From: Ministeria vibrans ATCC 50519
Lineage: Eukaryota > Protista > Filasterea
Direction: 5' to 3'
Length of the DNA stretch: 64,000 nucleotides
NCBI GenBank assembly: GCA_943704425.1
Contig: CALSCP010000335.1
Coordinates: 161,406 to 225,405, forward strand
Part shown: positions 50,972 through 63,029 of the stretch, piece after piece
How positions within the stretch are numbered: position 1 is the stretch's first letter
Layout of the letters: every line of letters starts with the position of its first letter
Notes under the pieces: generated by a model
Database searches by the model: none
What the model was told of the DNA's origin: nothing
Seen by the model: the letters and a program-made list of their open reading frames with translations, nothing else
Translations under genes and position numbers: made by a program

Positions 50972-52416
50972 GTGTGTGTGTGAGGAGGAGCGGGGTCACT
51001 CTGACGTCGTTGCGACGTGTTCGCTCACACTATCATTTTTGTGTACACACCCACACAGGACCTTCTGACCGACGAACCGTTCACGCGCAAAGACATTATT
51101 ACTATCCAGGATCCAAAGAACCCTGAAACGCGCGACATTTCCCAGTTTCACTGCTACAAAGAAAAACTGACAGCGGGCGGCAGTAAGAGCATTTTGAGCG
51201 ACAAGGGCGAGACGACAGCCTCGTCGGCACTCCGACGCCCTACAACCATGGCTGAATCGACCCTCAAGGCACTGGAGGAGACGGAGAAGGAGCGGCTGGC
51301 AGGCGTCGCCAAGGACCGCGCTGCGGCTCAGGTGATTGAAGAGGCAGCGCGCGCTCTAGAGAGCGACCAGTCGGCAGTGCACAGTTTGAACAAGATGAGT
51401 GCGTCGTTCACGAGCACTGCCGTCGACGTGGTGACCGTCAACGAGCGCGCAAAGGTCTCCAAAGAGGCAGTGCTCTTTGAGCATGTCCGCAAGCACCGCA
51501 AGAAAGGTTACGTGCGATTGGTCACGTCCAAAGGCAACATTAATCTCGAAGTAAGTCAATTAGAGAGAAGAAGACGAAGACGGAGAGCACTCACACGCAA
51601 GTATGTGTCAGTTACGGTGTGACATTGCGCCGCGGGCGTGCTTCAACTTCCTGTCACACTGCACCAGTGGCTACTACGCCAAAACGGTATTCCATCGGCT
51701 CGTGCCTGGGTTCATTGTGCAGGGTGGAGACCCAACAGGGACGGGCAAGGGCGGGGAGAGTGTGTGGGGGAAGCCCTTTGCCGATGAGATTGTGACGCAT
51801 GTGCTGCACAGTGCGCGTGGAGTGCTATCCATGGCCAATCCGGGCGAGAAGAACAAGAATGGATCGCAGTTCTTTGTGACGTTGGGCGCCAGTCCCCATT
51901 TGGATGGACACCACACCGTGTTTGGGTCCGTTGTGGGTGGACTTGAGACGCTCACTGCAATGGAGAAGGTCGAAACAGGCGAAAAGGACCGTCCTCTCGA
52001 AGACATTGTCCTCAAAGAGGTAAAAAGAAAGAGAAGAGACAAAGTGAGAGGGAGGAGAAAGAAACGAAGTGATAGAGACGGGAGAAAGAAACAAACTGTG
52101 TGCGTCACTAAATTTGTGTGTATTTGTGTTTTTTTAGACTGTCGTGTTTAGCAATCCATTTTCAACGGAAGAGATTGAAAAGGACAACGCAGAGACGCGT
52201 CGACGGGCGGACGAAGCAGCGGAGAAACAGCGTCAGAGCGACGCAAGTGAAGCGGCAAAACGCAAATACGGCTCAGGAGTCGATCAGTACTTTGCGCCTC
52301 AGGTCAAACGCAAACTCGAAAGCAATGCGTCTGCCTCTGCTGCTGCTAAACCCACTCCTTCCGACGATCAACGCCAAGTCAAAAAATCTCGTTATGGCAA
52401 TTTTGACGCTTTTTAA
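50416..52416 (+). CDS. PPIL2: U-box cyclophilin PPIL2/Cyp60
   Basis: MGKKQHSKDRMFIT, LPFSHCALSLQPF, YHCPVLFKVF, DLLTDEPFTRKDIITIQDP, FHRLVPGFIVQGGDPTGTG, NGSQFFVT. Confidence 0.95.
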
Positions 52417-52468
52417 AACAAACACTCACAATGAACCGAATATGTACAAAATTAATAATGTTTTTTCT

Positions 52469-53862
52469 TCATTTTTTCTTGGCAAACACTCTGCTCAAAA
52501 GGGAATCGGGCAAAGCGGGTCGTTCGGCCGCACTCGCGACACTCTTTCGCTGCCGCACATTGCGCTCCTGGTGCTCTTGCTGTTGTGGCTGTTTCGTTTG
52601 CGTTTCCATTGCGTCTGCGTTTCGTTTTTTCGGCTTTTGTGTCGCGTTTGCGTTTCCTTCGCGCTCGTTTTTTTCGTGTCGCTCACTGATACTCCGCACC
52701 ATTTTCGCCCGGTCGACCCGCTCCAAATAGTCTGTGGCTTCCTTGCGCGACCGCGACAGCTCTGTCTGTAATCGTTTGTCGCGCATTGCATTCTCATACG
52801 CTAATCAACCCGAGAAAGAACAAAAGACGCAGTAACAATTTGTAAAAGTATTAGAATGGCTTTCTCTGTTTTCTTTCTGTTTGGTTCTTTGCTTTTGCTT
52901 TACCGACTCGCTCAGTCAGATTGTTCCACTTAAACTTTGGAAGGTACTTCATGCACCACAAATCATCGTGATAGTAATCTCCTTTCTTTGCGCCTAAAAG
53001 ACAAAATAATAATAATAATAACAAGAATAAAATAATTAATTACACTGATCCTTTCTCTCTTTTTTAGTCTACCGATTCGAGTGCCATTGAGCGACAAGGC
53101 AACGCGCTTTGCAATTTTCTTGCGGGAAAACTCAACCCATGCCTCGGTGAACTTCTTCTTCTTGTTTCCGCCGTACTTGACACGTCGCTTGTGGCTCTGC
53201 GGATCCTCTGCTTGGCAGTATACCCGTCCAATGTCACCAAACTGACCCATCATGTGCCGCAGCTTGGCCGGCTTCATAAACGGCGGCATTCGACTCAAGT
53301 AGATGATCCCTTTGCGCTTCTCGGCACTCGCATATTCTTCGGCGCGTTTGCGCAGATTCGCCTTCTTCTTGCCCAGCGATGGAATCGCCGCTGTGTCGTC
53401 TTCATCGCCATAGCCATCAGAGTCCTCTTCATCGTTGTTGTCGCCGTCGTCGTCATCGTGGTCGTGGTCGTGCTCGTGCTCGTCGTCGTCGTCGTCATTG
53501 TCGTCGTCGTGGTCCTCATCGTCGTCATTGTCGTCGTATTCGTTGCTGTTGAACGACGCAGCATCGTCAAAGTCTTCCTCGTTGTTGTCTTCGTCGTCTT
53601 CGTCTTCTTCTTCGTCATATACACCATCTTCATCGTCATCGCTTGGCTCGCGCACACCGACAGCCTTGGACTTGCTCGCCCTGTCGTTTCGCGTGGCTCC
53701 CATTTCAACCGCCTCGTCGCTCAGCACGCCGTCGTCCATCTCGTCGATTTCAGGCGCCGATTTCCACACAGTTCCCTTCATCGCAAACCGCGAGTCCCCA
53801 TTGGTGACACTCGCAGCCACAGGGGACTTGCTTGGCGTTTTCTTCGTTCCCTTTTTACCCAT
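52469..53862 (-). CDS. ESF2: Pre-rRNA processing protein ESF2/ABT1
   Basis: Acidic N-terminus, GIIYLSRMPPFMKP, FTEAWVEF, DLWCMKYLPKFKW; 3 exons. Confidence 0.93.
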
Positions 53863-54036
53863 AAAGAACAAGTGAAAATGTTTAAAAAAAATGAAATGAC
53901 TCAATGATCAGACTGACTACTCGCAGCAGTACTTAGTCACGACTTAGTCACTCCAATTTCGCGCCTTCTTGTCTCTGCACTCTCAGCTGGGTGTTTCACA
54001 ACACTCACTCACTCAGCAGTGTACAGTCAATAAGCT

Positions 54037-54735
54037 ATGCAACCGTCGTCATTTCGTCTCGTGTTCGGCCTGCAGGTCCTGATGGTCATATTCGACATTT
54101 TCGTCAACAGCTTCGCCTTGAACTTCCGCTCAACTCAGCAACACACTGCACTGGCATTATACATGTAAGTTGTCTCTCCTGAGTTTCCGAACAAGCGCAC
54201 TAATACCACGCCAATTTCTGTCAACATAATAATTGTATATTCTTGCAACACTCTCTTTAGTGTTCAAGGAGTCGTGCTCCTCGTCGCATTCTTCATCCTC
54301 ATTCTTGAACTTTGTTCCACTTACGCACTTCAAGCGGGTCTTCTAAAGGTACGCAAAGGAGTGACGCGTACGCATATATATATATATATACGTACGGACA
54401 GGCGCGGCCGGCACTACCCCATGTTGTACAAACCCGTTTCCTTGGTGATGAGACGTACTGCGTCCTAGGGGGTCTTTCACAAGTTCCGCGCAGCACTCGT
54501 CGCTACCTTTATCTATTTCTTACTCACGGTTGGAGTGGATGCATGGGGCTTGTCTGAGGCGTGGGACATGGGTCAGCAGTCGGACATTTGGACAGCCGGC
54601 TTTCACACGCTCTTCTCAATTCAACGACTCGCGAGTATATTATTTTACTATCTCTACCTCAGAGCAAGTCTTCGACTCGGCGACCCACGGCTCTACACCA
54701 ACTCCACCTGGCTTCAACGAGAGTTTGCAAAGTGA
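54037..54735 (+). CDS. TMEM138: Ciliary transmembrane protein 138, 3 exons
   Basis: DIFVNSF, QAGLLKGVFHKF, IWTAG, QRLASILFYYLYLRASLRLGDPRLY; matches the TMEM138 motifs over its length. Confidence 0.9.
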
Positions 54736-54871
54736 TCAACAACGCTATACAGCTAGTGCTAATTAGCAGCGAAGTAGCTATAACTATACCTGATTGTATA
54801 AAAAATCAGTATCTTTTATTCTTACTATCAATGATACAGTTTAGAATTTATATCATCATACACTTTTTTGG

Positions 54872-54873
<2 letters not shown>

Positions 54874-54925
<52 letters not shown>

Positions 54926-55870
54926 NNNNNNNNNNNNNNNNNNNNNNNNNNNNNNNNNNNNNNNNNNNNNNNNNNNNNNNNNNNNNNNNNNNNNNNNNNN
55001 NNNNNNNNNNNNNNNNNNNNNNNNNNNNNNNNNNNNNNNNNNNNNNNNNNNNNNNNNNNNNNNNNNNNNNNNNNNNNNNNNNNNNNNNNNNNNNNNNNNN
55101 NNNNNNNNNNNNNNNNNNNNNNNNNNNNNNNNNNNNNNNNNNNNNNNNNNNNNNNNNNNNNNNNNNNNNNNNNNNNNNNNNNNNNNNNNNNNNNNNNNNN
55201 NNNNNNNNNNNNNNNNNNNNNNNNNNNNNNNNNNNNNNNNNNNNNNNNNNNNNNNNNNNNNNNNNNNNNNNNNNNNNNNNNNNNNNNNNNNNNNNNNNNN
55301 NNNNNNNNNNNNNNNNNNNNNNNNNNNNNNNNNNNNNNNNNNNNNNNNNNNNNNNNNNNNNNNNNNNNNNNNNNNNNNNNNNNNNNNNNNNNNNNNNNNN
55401 NNNNNNNNNNNNNNNNNNNNNNNNNNNNNNNNNNNNNNNNNNNNNNNNNNNNNNNNNNNNNNNNNNNNNNNNNNNNNNNNNNNNNNNNNNNNNNNNNNNN
55501 NNNNNNNNNNNNNNNNNNNNNNNNNNNNNNNNNNNNNNNNNNNNNNNNNNNNNNNNNNNNNNNNNNNNNNNNNNNNNNNNNNNNNNNNNNNNNNNNNNNN
55601 NNNNNNNNNNNNNNNNNNNNNNNNNNNNNNNNNNNNNNNNNNNNNNNNNNNNNNNNNNNNNNNNNNNNNNNNNNNNNNNNNNNNNNNNNNNNNNNNNNNN
55701 NNNNNNNNNNNNNNNNNNNNNNNNNNNNNNNNNNNNNNNNNNNNNNNNNNNNNNNNNNNNNNNNNNNNNNNNNNNNNNNNNNNNNNNNNNNNNNNNNNNN
55801 NNNNNNNNNNNNNNNNNNNNNNNNNNNNNNNNNNNNNNNNNNNNNNNNNNNNNNNNNNNNNNNNNNNNNN

Positions 55871-55892
<22 letters not shown>
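54874..55892. other. Assembly gap (N, 54926-55870) flanked by (TA)n and poly(A)
   Basis: Directly visible in the sequence. Confidence 0.99.
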
Positions 55893-55903
<11 letters not shown>

Positions 55904-55915
55904 TACAAAGTACAG

Positions 55916-58900
55916 TCAGTCCTCTTCAATCCCCCCAGCCTCCGATTGTGTTACTCTCGTCTCCCAACGAAGGGCCACTTCAAACTCCCAAAGCAACAGG
56001 GCAAATGCAGTGGTGGTCTTGCACTCGATGAGACGCGTCGAGTACTTGCGAATGGTCGAGGTGAAGCGCGACAGCAGACGGTCCGCATTGTACAGCCAAT
56101 CGACGACCATTTCGAGGGGTCGCTTGAGCTCGTCAACTGTCTTGGACGCCGACACAAGGTCACGATAGCCCAACTCGCCATCCCAGTGTGCATCTAGGAG
56201 TCGGTCGCGTCGCATGCGCTCCTCAGCCACAAGCATAATGTGTTTCATCTTGGCAATGTTGTGCTGCTCGGGATCGTTGTTGTAGATGACGGGCATGGCC
56301 AGCTTAGACGGTTCGCGCACATGGTTGCATTCGGTAAGTGACGCACGCAGCGTCTCGTCCACTCGGCCCAGCATGTACGCCAAATGCGCCTCGCGCACTC
56401 CCTCGGCATTGAGACTTGCCTTGAGCGCGTCAATCGCCTCGTTCGTACCGTACCAGCCCCAAGTGTTGGTGCACGGATCGGCTGTCGAGTGCTGCTCTAC
56501 CATACGCGTCGCCTGCGCCTCGTCCATGTCGACAAGAAAGTCGGCCAGAGACGCACGTTCCTGGTCCGTCGACCGCTGCACCAGCACGCCAGGCAGGCTG
56601 TGAAACATCCAATAGGCATTGAAGAGACGGTCGCGACCGAGAAGTACGGGACGCATGGGCAGCCCAAAGACCACCTGCTGATCGAGTGCACGCAACTGAC
56701 GATTAAACTCGGTGTCCGTCTCCGCGACAATCTCTTCGATAGTCTTGTCCTTGAACTGAATCTGTTGCAGGACCGTGGCGGCCGACGCTGCAAGGGCACC
56801 GGCACTGCGCGACACCGGCTTGGCAAGTGCTGCGGCGGCAGTGGCAGCAGCGGCAGCGGCTGACGAAGAGTCCTTAACGGCATTGCGTCCAAACAGATTC
56901 TTCTTCTTGGCGGCAGCAGCGGCCGTTGGCGGAGGTGGTGGGGGTGTAGCGGGCTGAGCAGGTGACGCGGCTGTCGATGCAATGGCCGACGGCAGAATAC
57001 CAAAGGGGTGGCTCGTGTGTAAGTCGTCCATGGCGGCCATGGCACGTACCTCGGCAACCGCTTCGACCCACTGGCGCATGACAGTGCCGCGGTCACGCTC
57101 AAGACGCTCCAGATCGGCAAGGCAGTGGTCGACGGCGCCCTGCATGCCCGCATTGGTAGCAAGTAGTTCTTCGCAAAGTGCGTGCAGCGCGTGTCCCTTG
57201 CTCGACGTATCCAGCAACCAAAACTCCGACTCACCCAGTGTGTTCAGTTGCTCTTCGTCCGCCATAAAGTACTTGGACTTGCGCAGGTAGCGAAAGCACA
57301 CGTTGGGAAACATCATTTCCGTGGTGGGTGCTCGGTTGATTTCGACCGTGTCGCCGCGCTTGGCGACGGCCGCCGCCGCCAGCAGAGGCTGCATGAGACA
57401 GGCGAGCACCTGTGCACCAACACAGAGCGCTTGCGTGTCCTGGCCAACAAAGGTCGCCTCAAAGTCTATTGGGGTCAATTTGATGCCGTCGCAGATGCAC
57501 GGAGCAAACGCCGAGTAAAACTCCATGATGGAGAGGACGTCGCCAAGACACTCGAGAGGCACTGTGATGGGCACGGCGGCGGCGGGGTGGATTGGACTGG
57601 AGGCCGGTGCGAGGCTCATGTCTTCGGGCAGATGGTCCAACTTGGGTGCCTTGCAGAGCAGCGCAATGCGCTCGCGCTCGCTCACACGCAACTCCTCCTT
57701 AATCTCTACACGTCGCTTCTTGTCCTCCTCCTTCTTCAGACGACGATCTTCGCGCTCCTTCTCGCGTTCTTCGCGTCGTTGCTCACGCTCCCGCTCGCGC
57801 TGCTCTGCCTCCGGGTCAAACACAGGCACAACAGGCGGCACAATGGTCGCGGCAGCCGTGGCAGCAGCAGCGGCCGCAGCGGCTGCTGCACGCGCAGCCG
57901 CACTAGGACCACGCGATCGTCGTTCGGGTGGTGGCCGATTAGCACGTGCCTGGATTTTTTCTTGCTCGCGACGAAGTTTCTCCTCGGCCTTGACACGCGC
58001 CCGTTCGCGCTTTAACTCCTCGGCGGCCTGGCGCTGCTGTGCGCGTTCGCGGTCGCGTTCCATCTGCCGCTGCTGACGGTCCAAATTGCGATCGTGCACG
58101 ACGGCCGTGGTGAATTTGCGTCCAAACGCAGTCACTTGAGCGCGTGCCTGCTGCTGTAGCTGTTGATTCCGATGTGGCTGAGCAGCCAAAACACTGGGTG
58201 TAGCAATGTCAGCGTCAAAATCGTGCGCGGGTGTCGCTGTGGCTGTGGCGAGGGCCGCAGCGTCGTTGTCGGAGGCAAGCTGAATGGCGTAGGCACGACG
58301 CTTGAGGGCATTGTTGGCGGTGAGAGCAACCGAGCTGGCAAAGACAGGCACAAGGTTGGCGCAGAGAGTGCGTGCAGTGTGGAAGGCTTCCTCGGTCGAC
58401 ACGGACGGCGAAGAGGCACCCGTAGTGCTCGTAGTAGTAGTGGTAGTAGTAGCGGTGGTAGTAGTGGAAGTGGGTTTTGATGTACAGGCGACGCACTCGG
58501 GACAGAGCCAGTGGTCGGTAAGGGGAAGCACCGCAAGTGGGGGAGCGAGGCACTGAAGATGAACGAGGCGCGGACAGCGATCGCATAGCGCAAGAGTGAG
58601 TGACACCTCGTTGTCTTCGCTGCTGTTACACACGTAGCAGGCAGCGCCGTTGCTACTTTCAAAGGGCTGTGCAATCGAACCAAGATGGTCGTACAGGCGC
58701 ACGTGTCCTGTGCACGACAACGACGCAGGCTGAGCCTCGAGCAGACGGACGACGAGCGGCAGTGTGTATCCAAAGAGGTGCGCAGCATCTCGACTCACAT
58801 CGCTGAGATACTGTTTGCGCCTGGCAAGTTTCTCTGCGTCCACTACTGGCTCACCCTCGCCGGGCGCGTCGTCGGCGAGCTTGGCAAGTAAAAGATCACG

Positions 58901-59466
58901 GCAAGTGTCGGCCGAGGCAGCAACAATGTGCGACTCGGGCTTTTGATCGTCGAGAACAGCGTGAAACTCGGGCGAGCCATCATCGGAGGACGCAGAAACC
59001 ACAAAGACAACGTGGCAGGTGGAGTTGGCGCGCGGAAGCACGCGTGACGAGCAGAATCCGACGGGAAGCAGCGAATCGCGCCACTGTGCGTTGTCCGTCG
59101 CCACAATCCTTCCCACTGAGTGTACAATCAGCCGCTGGTGGATAAACGGCACTCGCGGCGCAGATGTACCCTCCTGCAGCTGAAAGGCGGTCGACGACGG
59201 CTCGATTGTGCCCAGCGTGTCCATTCGAGCTGGAGAGAAAAATAGCAGCGACGTCGTCGAGCACGTCTGGATCGTGCTGAAGTCGGNNNNNNNNNAAAAA
59301 TAGCAGCGAGGAAAAAAAAAAAAAAAGACAGAAATGGGTTGAGTCGTCAATCTGCTGTAGATTTGGACGCCAAGGATGGTGCAGGAGGCAACAGACGGTG
59401 CTGATTGGTCGACAACGATCCATACATTCACGGATTTCGACCCGTATGGCTTTCTGGTGTGCGTTT

Positions 59467-59498
<32 letters not shown>

Positions 59499-59755
59499 CT
59501 CTCTCTCTCTTTTCTCTCTCTGTCTTGTGACGAACGAAACGTTTTTTCTCTCTCTCTTTTTTGCGCCTCTGACACTCTTCCCTCGTCGTTCCTACCTGTC
59601 GATTGGTGCGCAGGGATGTGCTGTGGCAGGGCCACACCGTCTTGCGCGACGGGCGCGTCCGCTGACGTATCCATGGGCTGAGGAGCGCTGGTGGAGTGCG
59701 CGGCCATGGCTGCAGCGGCCCAAGGCGTCGCCTCGCCGCCATTGTCCATTTCCAT
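55916..59755 (-). CDS. Chromatin protein: FYRN/FYRC - PHD - coiled coil - DDT - WHIM1 - WSD
   Basis: FYR: LIVHSVGRI...LPVGFCSSR...HLFGYTLPLVVRLLEAQP. PHD: CYVC...CDRC...H..C...WLCPEC. DDT: LGDVLSIMEFYSAF. WSD: LGRDRLFNAYW...WGWY...SLNAEGVREAHL. Confidence 0.85.
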
Positions 59756-59954
59756 CGCGTTCGTTGATCTCCGACGACAGTCCACGCCCCGAATAGTCCG
59801 ATGGGGGAGAGAGAGGTGCTCGGAGAGACCAACAGGGGAACGTGACAAATCGTTTGAATTACATTACAGATTTAACAGATCAGATTATTAATGTATTATT
59901 CAACTCACCAGAAATTTACTCCAACTCACGTCACACTTGCTTTCTTGTAATGTT

Positions 59955-61545
59955 ATGATGCGGTTGACTTTAATATGTCTACTTGCGACGACGCTGGTGT
60001 TGCCTGGCCTTTGCGCTGCCGCCAAACGAAAAAACGTTCTTTTCATTGCCGTTGACGACCTCCGCCCCGAATCGGACGCATTTGGCGTCGGCGTTGTGAA
60101 GACACCCAACATTGATCGCCTTGCATCGTGGGGAACGACCTTTACGCGAGCCTACACTCAGGTTGGTTGTTTGGTCGTTGTCCGTTTCACTCTTGTTTAC
60201 CCTTCTCAGATCTCTCTCTGCTCTCCCTCGCGCACCTCCCTCCTGTCTTCGAGGTATCAAAAAAGACGCTGGCACTATGCCTGATCATGTTCGTCGGGTA
60301 GGCGTCCGGACACCACGCGCGTCTGGACGATTGGACCGTACTTTCGCGACGAGATGCCTCAAGGACGCGACGTAGTAACGCTGCCACAGTTCTTCAAGGA
60401 GCACGGCTATCACACCGTGGGGGCCGGCAAAGTCTTTCACCGTACCAACACGCTGAATGGATGTGTGCCAAGACTGATATGCTTCTCGCCGTAGCTGGCA
60501 CTTCGAGTGGCGGACCGTCCAAGTCCGAAGGCGGTGGTGACATGCCGTACAGCTGGAGCGCACCTTACTTCTTCTGTGACCAATTCTACAACGGAGTAAG
60601 TCACCCAACCGTGGCGAGTTAGCCCTTGTACAAAACAAAGAATCGTCAATGAATATATATATATATATTATAATATGTGTGTGTGTGTGTGTTTAGACGT
60701 TTCAATCGACGGCAGCGCAGCAGTGGCCTCACGGAACAGGCTGTGTGCAATCGCCCGAGTGTATTGCCTGTCTCGAGCGCCATCACGCCATTGGTAATGC
60801 CACCTTCAAACCCTCGTGGGAGGCTCCAGACTGTCCTCACGACTGTTTTCCAGACGGTATAATTATATACTTGCAAAATTCAGAGGGAGAGGTGAATTGA
60901 TTTTTTATTTTTCTCTGCTTGTGGTATTCAGGAGCGGTTGCAACGGAAACAATCCGACTTTTATCGAGTGCCTCAGCATCCCCCGACACGCCTTTCTTCA
61001 TTGCAAGCGGCCTGAAGCGACCTCACCTGGGCTGGTTTGCGCCTGCCTCATCCTACGCGCGCTTCCCCAATGCATCGGTTGTTCTGGCGCGCCACCGCAC
61101 TCCCCCCGAAGATATGCCTGCCGTGGCGTTTAGCGGCAATGGCGAGATTGGAGGGATGCAGGATGTCCATGACCTCATGTACACCTCGACCGAGGGTTAT
61201 TCATTGGTGCCCGACTGGAAGGTTCGCAAACCCCAACTCCACCCTAACCCTAACCCGAACCCTAGTGCATCAATTTTATCCCTTCTAAACCTAACCCTAA
61301 TGCCAAGTATTACTCATTCCGCCTCTCTCTTGGTCCTGACTAACCCTCCTTTCTCCTCCTCTCCTTACTCATGCGCACAGCAACACGAGTTGCGTCGCGG
61401 TTACTACTCTTCAGTGTCTTTTATGGATTCTCAACTGGGGCGTGTTCTCGATGAGCTCGAACGTCTTAATCTGCGCAACAGTACGATCATTGCTTTCTGG
61501 GGCGATCACGGTTACCATCTGGGCGAACAGGGAATTTGGTGCAAG
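59955..61545 (+). CDS. Iduronate-2-sulfatase-like secreted sulfatase; 3' end missing after the NNN join
   Basis: Signal peptide, [17 protein letters not shown] formylglycine motif, [20 protein letters not shown]. Confidence 0.88.
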
Positions 61546-61612
61546 GTATAAATTTCACACTCATTTTTCTATCTCTATCACCCTTGATATTCTTTCTTTC
61601 TCTGCCTTTNNN

Positions 61613-62080
61613 CCTGAGGCGTCCTCGTCCCTCCGCACCATCTACTTGGGCAACCTTCCACCTAACGTGAGTGCCGAGCACATCACCGCACTCTTTAGTA
61701 GCGGTACTGGCGCCGGCGTGCTCAATGTGCGTCTCTACGAACAGAAGCACTATGCTTTTGTCACCATGGACACCCACGCTGCCGCAGCCAGTGGCATCAG
61801 CGAACTCAACGGCGCACTTTTGGGCGGTCGCTCTCTGCGATGCTGGTGGGCCAAGCAGGACGGTGGAGTGGACCAACAGCAGCAGCAGCAGCAGCAAATG
61901 ATCCCTCCCCAACAGCAGCAGCAGATGCCTCCCCCTCAGCAGCAACAGGTGCCGCCACCTCAGCAGGTGGTGGCCCAGTCACAGGATCAGCAGCAACAAC
62001 CGCAGCAGCAACAACAAGCGCCTCCGCAACAGCAACAGCAGCAACAACAAGCGCCTCCACCGCAAACGGAGCAGCAGTAA
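61613..62080 (+). CDS. Displaced or duplicated 3' portion (RRM3 + Gln/Pro tail) of the downstream RRM gene
   Basis: RTIYLGNLP...YAFVTM...LRCWWAK. 61613-61722 is identical to 63891-64000 and starts immediately after NNN. Confidence 0.75.
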   Translation, partial: PEASSSLRTIYLGNLPPNVSAEHITALFSSGTGAGVLNVRLYEQKHYAFVTMDTHAAAASGISELNGALLGGRSLRCWWAKQDGGVDQQQQQQQQMIPPQQQQQMPPPQQQQVPPPQQVVAQSQDQQQQPQQQQQAPPQQQQQQQQAPPPQTEQQ

Positions 62081-63029
62081 CCGCTCTTATCGCGTCTCTT
62101 TTTCTTGTAACGAACAATGAAAGCCAAAACAATAAAACAAAAATCCCCCAAAGAAGACAAAAACAAATAATAATAATTATATTTAATAATACTATTATTA
62201 TTGTTTCAGCATAAGTTGGAAAAACGAAGTTGAAGAAAAATAATATCAATAATATCAATAATTTATTATTATTATTATTATTATAATAATAATTATAACA
62301 TTATAAGAAATTCCAGAAATTAATACAAACTTACACATAACAACTCACGTCTCACAAAAGCCAAAATTCAAAACTGACAAAACATAATTTTTCTTAGTTC
62401 ATCGTTTGGTCTTACTGTCGCTCCTTCGACTTGTGACACCTACGGCATCATCTTAGTATTATCTTGTTTATCTTGAACACTGCCAGATGACTTTTTCCGA
62501 AGGTACACACACAGCTTCTTTCCGCCGCCAATTCGACACACACCCTGCCTGCTGTTGGGCTACAGCGACCCAACTCCACTTCGCTGGGCTGCGCCTGGCC
62601 AGAATCGCAAGCTCCTTGCTTGCAAGCGATTTTTTGAACTGAAAACTTCGCATTTTTCTTGTGCAGACACCAATCGGGCTCAACAGCTCCTCCAGCAGGT
62701 TGCCAACAGCCATGCCCAGGTACCTATCGGCGTTGAAATTACCATGCCGTGCTCAGTCGACCAATCGCCCGCCCATTGCGTGCGCTAGGCGACCAGAACG
62801 AGAGTTAAACGCGCAATGCTCTTCTTTTTTTTTTTTTTTTTTTTTTTTTTTTGCCGTTCTCAATCATATCATCTCATCAGCAGCACAACACAGCGTCAAA
62901 AGTTGGCGATCACACAATACCCCCTATGTCGTCGCCCTGTCCCAGTGTTAACCCCACTCCTTTTTCATGAATTCACACGCACTCACTCAAATCTGTATAC
63001 TTTTCTAACCCTCTTAATAAATCTTTCAG

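Noticed and set aside
54561-56168. ORFs of 357-535 aa
   Set aside because: Artefacts of translating through the N gap.
59236-59310. Short direct repeat aaaaatagcagcga around an N run
   Set aside because: Probably a gap-edge assembly artefact.
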